A DNA stretch of 64,000 nt, taken from NCBI GenBank assembly GCA_030324005.1, contig JARDVH010000169.1, forward strand, positions 12,818,993-12,882,992, written 5' to 3'. The notes below the pieces were generated by a model. The model did not search any database, was not told the origin of the DNA, and saw only the letters and a list, made by a program, of their open reading frames with translations. The DNA comes from Negaprion brevirostris. Taxonomy: Eukaryota. This document shows positions 39,690 to 52,395 of the stretch, piece by piece (position 1 is the first letter of the stretch; every line of letters begins with the position of its first letter). The translations under genes and the position numbers were made by a program.

Positions 39690-39935
39690 ATTTTCACAGG
39701 TACGGTGGCCCTCACTAATGAGTATAGACCAACTATTCAAGCACACGGGCAAGTCTCATATGATGGCTATGCATACACACGTTCAATCATTTGGTCAAGG
39801 ATTCACAGCTAGGAGCAGGAACCTAGACCATAGCTTTCCCTCCGCCTGATAATGGGGGTATTGGCATTGACTGTAACATTCTAACTACTGTCATGGTGAG
39901 ATCAACTAACTAGAAGACCAAATCTGGAACCTCTT
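39690..39935 (-). mobile_element. Ancient degenerate SINE relic (Deu-domain-like)
   Basis: Minus strand gttagttgatctcacc..ggagggaaag..ggttcctgctcct..gaatag resembles a recalled Deu-domain consensus; weak match. Confidence 0.4.
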
Positions 39936-40581
39936 CACCCCCACCTTTTAAGGCAGTCTTCACCCAGTGCCACGCGATGGGAATTCCTGATCGTTTTGGA
40001 CTTGACAGCCCTGACACCAATGACATACACGCCATCCTCAGACTTACGGTCTGACTAAAGTCTCCAGAGGAACAGGGCAGTTGCTTCTGCCCCACATTTG
40101 AGGTCACTTGTACAGTTCCACTTCTTCATGTTGCTTAAAGAGAGTTACAATGGCATTCTGGTAACAAAAATGGCAACATGGGTGATAAAAATGGCAGCAG
40201 TGGCTGCCAGCCTCTTTTGCTCCTCAAGTCAACAAAGTTGGAAATCTTGCAAGGAGGTTTTGGAGTGAACGCAATATTCATTTTATCTTTCTGCATTCTG
40301 CTATATCCAACCAACAACAGGGACACTTGGCTATAGCTGACTTGAGCTGTGAAGCTGAATTCCACTCACTTCCTTTCCTTTAACTGAATCACGATTTTAT
40401 TTCTGCTGGTATCTTGCCGCTGGGCTGCTGTATTTTCTACAGATTCAAAGTGATCTGTGGGCAGTGCTGAAGATGATGTGTACGTATGATGTAACTGCTA
40501 CACATGCAACATAAAAATCTCTTGCTTAAGGTAGACAAGTTGGATCGCACTCTGGGCAACAGGGAACCCGTTTTTACTCAC

Positions 40582-40590
40582 AATAGATCA
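40582..40590 (-). CDS. KCNMA1: Alternative 9-nt microexon TGATCTATT at site C2 (IYF insert; gives LIYS when joined to STREX)
   Basis: Context actgcacactggtag|TGATCTATT|gtgagta, phase 1-1. C|TG ATC TAT T|TT gives L-I-Y-F, the known 3-aa Slo1 insert, in the expected position upstream of STREX. Confidence 0.93.
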
Positions 40591-42604
40591 CTACCAGTGT
40601 GCAGTTAAATTATAGAGTTTCATGTTCCAGGGCAGCAGGGAGAAAAATAAATTAAAAATACATCAATCATCAAAAGGTACTTGCAATCATTTCATACATG
40701 GAATCTCATGTGCCTGAATTCCACGGAAAAAGGTTTATATGTAACTGTGTTTTGTGTTTTCTCTTTTCCCCATTACATGTTCTACAACAGTGAGACAAAC
40801 CTAGAAGGGGTGAATGCTTAAGAAATAAGTTCACACACACAGAAGGAATACCAAACTTTAGCATTTTTTCTAAAAAAAATCATCTAATACAACTCTTCAA
40901 AAAAAACTGGAATGACTATTGCACTTCCTCCCATCCCACCCATAGAAAGGAAATTTTCTTTGCAAATTCTGGACTGTTTCTTGAATAATTTAGATTACAA
41001 TGAAAAAATAATGATACTTTTAAGCGGAATTTTTGTTTTGCTTTCAAGCAGCTAGGGTTTTCTTTTTAAAAAAAGATAAAGCTACTCACTTTAATTATTC
41101 TTGACCTCTGTGGAGGCACCAAGTTTTTTTTTGTTTAAATTATTAATAATGGGCCTAAAAGGTTTGGACAAGTGGCTAAGTAGGTCAGGTATATGTTAAC
41201 AATGTGACATGACTAATGCCAATATAATGATAAATCTGCTGGAATTCCATTCTAAATGTGACAGCAACTACTAAGATGTGTGCCCTTATCAAAAAAAACC
41301 TCTGCATTTCTGGTACTGTACTCAAGTATTGCATATTGCATGCTCCACCATTATGGGCTGTGAAATACAATGCATTTGGCAAGGATTTGTCTTTGTTTTT
41401 CCAGCTGACTTGGAGCATTACCTCTAGAGTTTTCAAACAGCGGCAGTTTAGTTCTGACAAGCTCTTTCTTCAGCCTCACTAATCATGTCATTTTATTTAT
41501 ACATCTGTTCTACATCACATCATTAATAGACTAAAATTTGGACTCCTCATTTTAGGCATGCCGTTATTCTCCAAGTATATTTTTTAATTTTTTGCGTACA
41601 GCTTAATCACATTAATGCTAATTATTTTTCGCTCCCCAATCTGCAGCATTCATTAATTTTCCCAGATTTCCCATTATGTATTAATGGCATAATGTTAATC
41701 TAAACCTGCCTTCCTTTCAGGTAATTAAACTTCCTTTCATATAGCCTAAAAAATGTTGCTCTCCATTTAATTTCTCTTGCCTTAGTTATTTGACTAGGTT
41801 AACGAGTGGATGAAGGACATTGCTGGTGTAGACACACTGCCATGTGCCGGTGACCAACAGGGGCCGGGCACTACGCCATTGAGTAAGTAGGAAGATAAGT
41901 CAAAGAGAGATATCCCACCGCCACTCTTCATCCTATTTTGTTGGCCAAGTTCAGAGTAGCATTGGAGCGGGTTATTGGTCCATCCTATTGGCAGGTGGCA
42001 TGGAGATAAACTTTAAAAATTAAAGTGGAACCCAAGTTCTTCCCATTCTGATGCACATTACAAGTAAAAAATTCCTTATGTTTTTCCTTAAAATGATAAT
42101 TTCGCTGTTTGCGGGAATCTGAAAAGCACATCGCTTTTAGGACATTAAGCGTTGACTTAGAATGTTGTTTAAAGAGTTCAATTTTCACACACACTAACCT
42201 TTGTCCACATCCTATGTAAAGGCTTTATATTCTGTAACAAACTTTATTGCTGCAGAACCAAACTCTGACAAATAGGGACTATAATTAATGGTGGAGTTGC
42301 AATAAAACATGCACTTGTATATGTGAAAACTGTTTAAAATAAGTGTGTTGGATAACAGGAATTTATAGTTTGTTGTTTAGATATAGTGTTCATTGGGTGA
42401 GTAAATGGAAGTTTAACGACTATACTGCACTCCATCTCTGATCATCATGGACAAGCTATTAACAGAAATCATTGATGTCCGGCAAGCCCTCCACTAATTC
42501 ACTGTTGGTGCAAAAACCTTAATATTTTATTGCATTCAAGGTGTACATTGGTTGCAAATTATCACTAATAAGAAGGTACTGATGGAAAAATGATGAAATT
42601 ATTA

Positions 42605-42739
<135 letters not shown>

Positions 42740-43289
42740 TTATCCACTCAACACCAACCGTGCCTTATTCTGATGGAGAAAGACAGTCTAATGTCTTAAA
42801 CAGCCAATCTTTACACAACACGTGTAAATTTGGAGTGACGGAAAGCCAGAATTTAAGTTCCAAATTCCTGAGTAAGGTCGGGGAGGATTGTTCAGGGTAG
42901 TGAGGCAACATTTTGTTCCAATTGAAATGAAAATATATTCAAGAATACATAAAAACATAAAAGGCCAGTTGCCTCATCAATCCCACTCCTTTCACAACCA
43001 TGCACATATTCTGCTATTGTGGACTCTACCCAACATATTTAATCTCCTAAGGGAAAGTTGTGTGAAATTTCTCCCTGTCTCCCTAAGATAATTGACTGAA
43101 ACTCCAGAATATCAATCTATCCTAACAAGGCCCATTATTCAATCCTGACCAGCTGCCTCCAACCAATGACGTTTCCATGGCGTCGGTGTCACAAGAACCA
43201 TTGTGCTTCCGAAAGCCATTGATCATCTCTGTCTGCACATATCATTATAATCTTCAGTTCTACCTTTAACCAGATATGTAGCTGCTCCT

Positions 43290-43570
43290 CTTAAAGGAGT
43301 TAATCAGCACAGGCTGAACTGCTTTTGCTAAGAGTCTGTTCCAATATCCACACTACTCTGTGGGGGAAAGAACATTCTAATCTCCAGTCCTGCCTCAGGC
43401 TTGTTAATTCTGTTCTCATTTCCTGTAGTTCTGCTCTTACCATCCAAGTTAAATAACCTGCTTACATCCATATTATCCATGGCTATCAGCATTTTAAAGA
43501 TCTGGATCCTTTCCTGAACTAACTTCTCCAATGACAAATTCAGTTTGGAGAGTCTCTTTTCATTAATCAC
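43290..43570 (-). mobile_element. CR1 LINE fragment
   Basis: Degenerate RT C-terminal translation in ORF 43328..43570 (RLSKLNL..IFKML..LFNL..RTTG). Confidence 0.7.
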
Positions 43571-43645
43571 AGCCCGAAGGCGTTCGTATCCCTCTTTTAA
43601 AATGTTTTTGTTGGTGGAATCTTTCTGCTCATCAGTATCCGGATA

Positions 43646-44167
43646 CTAAATAAAGTTTAAAGTTTATTTATTAATCACAAGTAAGGCTTACATTAATATT
43701 ACAATGAAGTCACTGTGAAATTCCCCGAGTTAGAACATAGAAAAACTACAGCACAAACAGGCCCTTTGGCCCACAAGTTGCACCGATCATATCCCTACCT
43801 NNNNNNNNNNNNNNNNNNNNNNNNNNNNNNNNNNNNNNNNNNNNNNNNNNNNNATCCAGAAGTCTCTTAAAAGACCCTATCGAATTTGCCTCCACCACCA
43901 CCGACGGCAGCCGATTCCACTCACCCACCAGCCTCTGATTGAAAAACTTACCCCTGACACCTTCTCTGTGTCTACTCTGCCCCCTGTCTGGGTCAATGCA
44001 CCTAACCAGCATGTCCTTCAGACTGTGGGAGGAAATTGGAGCATCCGGAGGAAACCCACGCAGACACAGGGAGAATGTGCAGACTCCTCACAGACTGTGG
44101 CCCAAGCCAGGAATCAAACCTGGGTCCCTGGTGCTGTGAGGTGGCAGTGCTAACCACAATGCCATCG
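43646..44167 (-). mobile_element. HE1-like SINE (head 43991-44167, tail 43646-43730) interrupted by a younger HER1/CR1 3' fragment (43731-43985)
   Basis: The SINE head/V-domain and taaacttta-type tail flank a CR1 segment (FFNQRLVGEWNRLPSVVVEA..FKRLLD in ORF 43746..44012). Confidence 0.85.
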
Positions 44168-44299
44168 TAAATGCTGGGAATAGAAATGGTTTTTGCCTGG
44201 TGCCCAATGTCAGCATCATACAAACTCAACTGTGGATACAGAATGAAGCTTTCTTTCCTCAACCAAACTGCATTTAACTAGCACCTTTAACATGTAGTA

Positions 44300-44640
44300 A
44301 AACATTCAATGGCATGTCACTGGACAGTTATCAAGCAAAACTTGACACCGAGCCATATAAGGAGGTATTTGAACAGATAATCCAAAGTTGCGCAGAGTGG
44401 TATGGTTTAAGGAATGCTTGAAGAAGGAAAGTGAGGTTGGAGGGGCAGATGAACTTAAGAAGAGAATTCTAGCATTTAGGATCTGGGCAGTTGAAAGCCT
44501 AGCCACCAATAATGGTGCAATTAAAGGATGTGCAAGACAGCAGAAGCGGAAAAGTGCACAGATCTCAAAGTATGTAGTATATACAAAGTATGTAGAGATA
44601 GGGAGAGGCAAGATCATGAAGGAATTTGAAAATTAAGATC
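44300..44640 (-). mobile_element. L2-type LINE fragment
   Basis: aaaacttgacaccgagccatataagg..ttaaggaatgcttgaag..gagaattctagcatttagg pattern. Confidence 0.6.
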
Positions 44641-44946
44641 ATTCACACAAGCTAGAACTAATTGGCAGGAATAAGTTCAGTTCAGTAAATCTAGGAGATG
44701 GCCTTTAGGGAGAAATTCTGGCTGCTGTAATAGTGACTGTGATTTGGACTGAGGAATATGAAAGATATGTTCTGCTTTTAGAAACATAGGTGTTAGTTGT
44801 GTTTTTTTTGTAGGGATTTATTTTAAGAAGTAATTGCTCCAGTTTTTCACTGGATGAGTTTTGGATTTCATTGAGCTCACTAGCAGAAATCTGGTCAATC
44901 AGGATTTGCTTTCAGTAATACTCATTTGAACCTTTCAAGTAGCTAC

Positions 44947-45266
44947 TGAATCCTTACAGTGCAGGAAGAGGCCACTTGGCCCATTGAGTCTGTACTGACT
45001 CTCTGTCAGAGCATCCCACCCAGGCATATTCCTGTAATCCCAAGAATTCACCTTGCTAATCCCCCTAACCCACATATCTTGGGAGACTAAGGAGCAATTT
45101 AGTATGGGAAATCAACCTAACTTGCACATCTTCTGACTGTGGGAGGAAACCGAAGCATCTGGAGGAAACCCATGCAGCCATGGGGAGAATGTGCAAACTC
45201 CACACAGTTACCCACTGCAGGTCTCTGGTGCTGTGATGCAGCAGTGCTAGCCACTGTGCCACCCAC
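44947..45266 (-). mobile_element. HE1 SINE copy
   Basis: Head, V-domain and tail all recognisable. Confidence 0.9.
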
Positions 45267-46972
45267 AATAAACATTTTGAGTAGCAACGACAGACACCGT
45301 AACAGACATTTTGAGTAAGAGGCAGCTTAAATTTTCAATTTCTATTTGAAACTATGGACCCCATTTTAACTCAGTGGAAATGAATGGGTTTGAGAGATTT
45401 AAAATAAGGAACNNNNNNNNNNNNNNNNNNNNNNNNNNNNNNNNNNNNNNNNNNNNNNNNNNNNNNNNNNNNNNNNNNNNNNNNNNNNNNNNNNNNNNNN
45501 NNNNNNNTATGATTGTAAATCAGCAAAAAAGATTGAAACAGAATCAGCTTTTTTAAAAAAGGCGCCCTTCTCTAATTTCCACATTCACATCAATTGCTTG
45601 GTTAATTCAGGCTTTTGTTATTCTGTTAACAATTTATTTCAAAAGCCAAACCTCAAAATCTGTAAATTCCCACCCGGCAGAGCAAGGTATGCTGTTGAAG
45701 AACACATTGGGATTGTAAAGAAGGATTAATAACTCTTGTCTGTTTAAACTATCCATGAATGGTGTGGTTCTTAACTGTTTAAGTGCAAGTGACCACAGTC
45801 CAAGAGCATTTTGAGAAGACTTGGTGGTAGTTCATGCGATGGTGCTCAATCTTCTAGTAGAACTTGCACTTCAGCTAGCTGTGTCAATGAATTAAGCCCA
45901 GTGAGTGGATTTTGACCAGTTCTTTCAATAAAGACTAATACAACATTAACTGGCATTAATATGTATTAGCATTTCACTGGAAGAAAATTTAGTCTTGAAT
46001 GTCATTCTCCTTTTTTGAGGGGTGAAAATAGGGAGCACCATGAAAAGACCAGCCTGGAGGTTTCACTTATCTCCCAGTTTTTCACTAACTTCAAGATTCA
46101 GCACTGTGCTCAATGGCATTGAAAACAATCCACATTGTTGTGCTTGGGCGGAGTGAGCTTTGCTCTGTGTCTTAGCACTGTTACATATAACCAAGGGGTC
46201 TTAATGTTTTTACTAGGTATGCTGAAGACCTCTCAAAGCTTTGACATCATAGGTTGTACAATTGCATCCCTTCCTAATTACGCAATTATGTTCGTAACTT
46301 TTCTGATAATAATGTCCACCTTCAGAGGGAAATCCTTTGGTTTTTAAGATCAACAAACTCTTTCCTTCCTCTGCACAGATTCTGACTGGCATTAATGATC
46401 AAATTTCCAATACTAGCTAGGGACGCCTGAGACTGTTGGCCATGCGGTGTAGCCCATGATAGGTAATTGGCACTCGATCAGCTTACTGGGAACACTTTCA
46501 ATCACATGGGATTTTATCTGGCAAATATGTTCCCTTCCTCCCTTGATTGACAGCCATGGTTGGACAAAGAAATATTGTGCACATAGCAAGTCTCATCATA
46601 ACTGAGCAGCATTTAGAACAGACAGTTGAACTTGGCCTTCTAGCTTGCTGGGGCAGCTACAAAGCTCCCAGATATGTTTATAAATTTTGAGGTATTCCAC
46701 ATCTATTTAGTCTTTTACAGTGCCAATGCTGAAGAATGTTTTAGAAATAACACCAAATCAGAGACATGCCTAAAAACTCTCACCAGAAGTTATGAAAATG
46801 TTTTAATAACATATAGGATGAGTTACATTGCTGGATTACAAATAATAATATTGTCAGATTTGTTCTGATATCTCAACAGGAAAAGCAGAATTCCTCCTCC
46901 ACACTCCTCCAAATAAAATATATGGGAGTTTATATTATTTGGCAAATATCATCATTAATTAAAAACAGATCA

Positions 46973-47131
<159 letters not shown>

Positions 47132-50100
47132 CTACGGGAGAAAAGCATTGTCTTGATGGCACATGAATTAAAGGGAATGGTGCAAACATCCTCATTGCAA
47201 AGGAAATCGCTCTTATTTGAACTGCACTTAGATTTCAGCACCTGCATACATTCCAACAGATGACTACAAATGATTTAATTAATAATGGAAAGGAGCTGGT
47301 TTATTAGACCCATAATATTAAGATGCATGACAAGCAAAGCACCATATGCTTAAAAACATATGCCCTTAAATGAATTCTAATTTTACCCAATTTGAAAGCC
47401 TTATGATAAAGTAAAGCACAGACTATATAATTTTAATCTGGATAACGTAACTCATTGCTAATCACAACCTGAATCAACAGTGGAAGTGGTTTGAAATTCA
47501 ATTTACAGGCTGATTTTTCTTCTGTGGTTATGGTTGCTTTTCTTCTACAGAGAGGTAGTGTCTTTTGGTGCATATTTATTTGTTCTGGTTTGCCATCACT
47601 ATTTTTCCCTCTTGCTTATACACCGCTCCTGAGCTGATTAAGACAAGGAGATCTCTGAAATGAGCTCTTCTCTACTTTTTATTCAGTGTCCCCTCTGACA
47701 ATACAGCTTGTGAGTAGCTACTGGCTACCCGCCAGTTGAATAATTTCTGATGGAGGGGGCTGGACGTTGGCTAGAGTTTGACTTACAAATTAGTTACATT
47801 TGAACAACTAACCAACCTTATATAGGTAAATAAATCTTCATAGCACCATTTTGGTGAAGGAACTATGGACAAGATTCTTTACCCATTGACCATACATCAA
47901 TTGAAAATCTAGCGCTTTTTTCCTTAAAGTGAAGCTACTATTTTCAAATAATTTAAAAGGACAGGAACTGCAATGTCAAACAAACAAGTTTCAGTAGTTT
48001 GTGCAGTTCCCCTGTGACTGAAAAACAACGTGTGCTGAGTGCAACATCATTAATTAACTGCACCTTATCAATAGTTTAAAGTAACAGTCACAATTATTTA
48101 AAGGTAATACACATCAAGCGTACAACTACTGCACGGCACAGCTGTATGTTAAATTAGTTAGCTGACCCAAAGGAAAGAGATGGCTGGTACGCGTTATTGA
48201 CAAGAATCCCAATCCTTGTGGTTAAATGGACTATTGTCTGAAATCTTCCTTTAGTCCCAGTTGTTTACTATAAACATCCAGCTCTTTCCTCTGGGCTTTC
48301 TCAAACTACTTGGTTTCATATAGTTCTACTTTCATATCCAAAGGCTTTGATTTTTGGTAGACAAGAACAAAACAAAGATGAAAAGGAAAGGTAGCAGTAG
48401 AGAAAGCGCACTCGAGAGAAGGTACATTCACAAATAAAGCACAGTGAGATCTGAATTGCTTCCAGGGTTGAACTCCTTGCAGTTGCTGATTTACAAGTGT
48501 TATTAGTAGGGCCAGCTCCTTTTGGTTTGCTGGGATTATGCCAGCACCACCTCTCCTTAGATGCAATTAAATTCCACAAGGATTCTTCAATGTCCTGAGG
48601 CGATAACCAGATTTTTGTTTCAAATTTTCTTCCTATTCATTCTGCCTGACTCTTATGTTCATTCATTACTTAACAGCTATTCCTTTAATTTACCTCATCC
48701 TTGCCTCTCACGGTTTGAAACATTTCTGGAGTCCAGTGGAATGGGCCTTAGCTCCTGACTTTGTTTTCTCAATAATAAAAAAAACGCTCAGGAACAAACC
48801 TGCTATTATTGTTTCCTGCAAGAACATTTTTAAATAGAATGGCAATTCTGCTTTTAAAATCAAAATTCATTAGCAGAAATATAAAGAAAATNNNNNNNNN
48901 NNNNNNNNNNNNNNNNNNNNNNNNNNNNNNNNNNNNNNNNNNNNNNNNNNNNNNNNNNNNNNNNNNNNNNNNNNNNNNNNNNNNNNNNNNNNNNNNNNNN
49001 NNNNNNNNNNNNNNNNNNNNNNNNNNNNNNNNNNNNNNNNNNNNNNNNNNNNNNNNNNNNNNNNNNNNNNNNNNNNNNNNNNNNNNNNNNCCTGATTTTC
49101 AATAAAGCGGTTCATAAATCGCTTAATCCAGTAGCTTCCTCTCTGAGACTGCACCTTCTGATATTCCCTCATCATCTTTTATCCCTCTAACCTCCTTAAG
49201 CTGTTTATGTGCCAGCTCTCATTTGCTGTGTATTTCCAACATTTTCCACTTTTGTTAAAAGTTACTGTTTCATTTCCAACATAAAACATATGGAATATCC
49301 CACTGCGCATATTCTGAATTGTTGAGAATCTGCTAATATTATCCTATTTCTATAAACTGATGCTTCATTTGAAATCAGGTAACTTTACAGCAACTAATAA
49401 AAAAAATTCTAACTTTCATTTATGTAACATCTTACCACTGAATGAACCATACTGAAATATTACGTTCATTTAGACATGTCCCAACTGGAGAGAAATAGCT
49501 AAGCTGTAATGTTGACTATGTGTTCTAATAACCCTACTTCATGAAATGAGTTCTAAAGCTTGAATCCAGATATGTTGAGTTGTGGGTATCCAGTTCATTA
49601 TTGATATCTTCGAACAGAGTTTTCAAAAGATAATTTGCAGTTGATGTTTCGGGTGAATCAAATGTGTACGGACCTTCCATACAGCACTATTGTCGGACAA
49701 AACACTAAGAATGTTGCAGAAAAGATGCTCTACAAGGTTTTTCAAAGAGTAAAATATAAATAATGCAGTTTATATCATAAATCATGATATATATAACAGC
49801 ATCATAGCTAGTTAGGTGAAAATAACTTGTACTCCTCGTATATACGATTATGTCGTTTACTAATAACATCAAGCTATGTACAATATTCATAGTACAAGAA
49901 AAAAGCACTTAACTATGTGTTATCACTCATACAAGGTCTTGGTACCATAATCCAGGCTTAAACTGCATTATGTGTATTTTTATAATTTAGACCCCTGTAT
50001 GTATGTACACATTGTACACTGGTGTATGTGCCTCCATATTCATGTAAGCTTTTCTTTCTTTATGAATAGGGATCTGATTTCTGCAGAGATCAGATCCAAT

Positions 50101-51478
50101 CTAATATTCAATTGGCACTGTAATTAGAATATAAATTAATAAAAACCAAGTCTCAGTATAGATTTCCATATATCAGCAAACTGTTCATACAAGGTTGACT
50201 TATTAACAGATTAAATTTTAACTAGAAAATCACAGAGTAATCCCAGGAAGCAAACTTCTGTTGGTATAGAGTTCAGTTCACTGTGGTAATGACATGCTTT
50301 CACCACAAACACACACAGAACAACAATATGCAACAAACAGCTCCAAAAATAGAGGTACAACCATTGCAAGCCATGTGTGACTGCAGGAACTAGTGTTGGA
50401 TGGCTGACTGGCACTGGAAACTCTCCTATTTTTGTTTTACATATATCACTGCACACAAGCTTGGAGTCAGACAAAGGATGGAGGCAAGGAACAGACACAA
50501 AGCAAAAGAGGAGGAAAAAAGGGGCAATCCATGGAACAAAAAGAGAATAAGCAAGGAGCTACTACACTAGTTGGGTCAGCAATCAAATGAGGCTTGAAAA
50601 ATTGAAACAAAAATCATGAAAAAATTCAAAGATTTAAATTGGTATCTTTAGACTAAAAGGATACTGCCAAAACATTAATTTATTTCATGCATTAATATTT
50701 CACTCAATGTCAAGCAGCAAACAGGGTTTGGTTGTGGGGGGGTGGGTGGGCGCAGATGACAAGTGGCTGTCTTTAATAGTGGGTTGGGAGACAATCTGCA
50801 AGCTTGCTAAAGCAAGAAAAACTGTGAAGAAATGGCAAAAAACTGCTTTTGAAATATGTATTTCCACATTTAGTGAATTGACTACGTAAGTTTGAAACAT
50901 GCGCAGTTACCATCAGGACATATTAAAATGATCATTGTTTAAAAAAAAATCATTAATTAGCTAACGAAATAAATTTGTGACTATTCATTTTTTCTTTTCA
51001 ATGAATCCACAGACAACATTAAGTACTGTTTAAGTGTATGAAAATCTGAAGACAGACAATGTGTAAGACATCAATTGAAGACTCTGACAAGCAGACAGCA
51101 TAATAGCATCTTGGCTGACTGACATTTACATTACATCATCATGGGGGATGGGGTGGAATAAAAGTTTACGGCAGCAAAGGTTTTCATATGGAATGTTGGA
51201 GACACAGTCTGTGAGACAGTGAAGAATGAAGGACCATCTAGAAAAATATATGCAAATATCACGTTTCCCCCCGCACAAATTACTGCAAGGACAAGAAGTT
51301 TAAAAAAAAACTATAAATGTCAAATGTTGACTAAAATATGATGTTATTTAGTATTATCCTGCTGACTTGGTGAGAGTAAAAGAATGAGCACTCTGGGAAA
51401 TGCATAGCAAAGCTAGAAGATGTAAAGAATTGAAGAGAAAGTTGAGATTGGTTGGAAAGTAAATGAAGAGAGTTTTAC

Positions 51479-51490
51479 CGCTTGGCACCT
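51479..51490 (-). CDS. KCNMA1: Alternative 12-nt microexon AGGTGCCAAGCG at site C1 (SRKR-equivalent); inclusion gives ES-RGAKR-ILINP
   Basis: Strong acceptor tgttctcttgttgtttacag and donor CG|gtaaaa. It is 12 nt, phase 2-2, lies between the 69- and 87-nt exons where the 4-aa SRKR insert occurs, and ends in AAG CG (KR). Confidence 0.8.
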
Positions 51491-52078
51491 CTGTAAACAA
51501 CAAGAGAACATTTCAATCAAACGCCATGGTAGGAACAAACAGGTTGCAACAAAAACAAAAGGAAACATTCCAACTTGGCAAACATAAAACAAACAAAATA
51601 GTTTTGTTCCTTCAAAAACACAAATGTGGCAAAACGCAAGAAAACATAAAAAGGAATCCTACAAACAAGGATGCAAAGTTTGAACTTTGTTCTATTTTCT
51701 CTATGATGTGATGGGATTATGAAGATGAATCTGTACATTCCAAATATATTTTGGACACTACTCTTGGACATTCGCTACGCTCCTTCACAGCATCAATGTT
51801 TTTCACCAGAAGATGTGTTTGGCCTGTCATTACTCATGATAATTGCGAGTTTTAATGAAAGTTAATTGAGCTTTCCCTTCTTCCTTCCTCCCATTTGTTC
51901 ACCACTTCAATGTGGTAAATGTCCCTAAATTCCCTCAAATTAAACAAGTTCTACTATTTTCCTCTTAAAATCTTCCATAAACTTTCAGGAAAATTAACTA
52001 ATGAAGATTCTGGAAACATACAGCAGCTTGATCAGCATTTAACATGGCCTCTCTGATCAAAACTAATGGCTGAAACAA

Positions 52079-52395
52079 ATCATAGAATCCTAACAGTGCA
52101 GGAGGAGGCCAATCGGCCCATCGAGTCTGCACCGACCACAATCTCATCCAGGCCCTATCCCCGTAACCCCATGCATTTACCCCAGCTAGTCCCCCTGACA
52201 CCAAGGGGCAATTTAGCATGACCAATCCACCGAACCTGCACATCTTTGGACTGTGGGAGGAAACCGGAGAACCAGGAGGAAACCCACACAGACACAGGGA
52301 CAATGTGCAAACTCAGCACAGACAGTGACCCAAGCTGGGCATTGAACCCAGGTCCCTGGCGCTGTGAGGCAGCAGTGCTAATCACCATGCCACCC
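52079..52395 (-). mobile_element. HE1 SINE copy (well preserved)
   Basis: Full head, V-domain and tail ending gattctatga. Confidence 0.93.

Noticed and set aside
40370-40402. 33-nt AG..gtgagt-bounded segment downstream of the IYF microexon
   Set aside because: Purine-rich acceptor and an in-frame TGA.
52320-52395. tRNA gene candidates at SINE heads (here and in other HE1 copies)
   Set aside because: They are A/B-box heads fused to SINE bodies and do not form a full cloverleaf.
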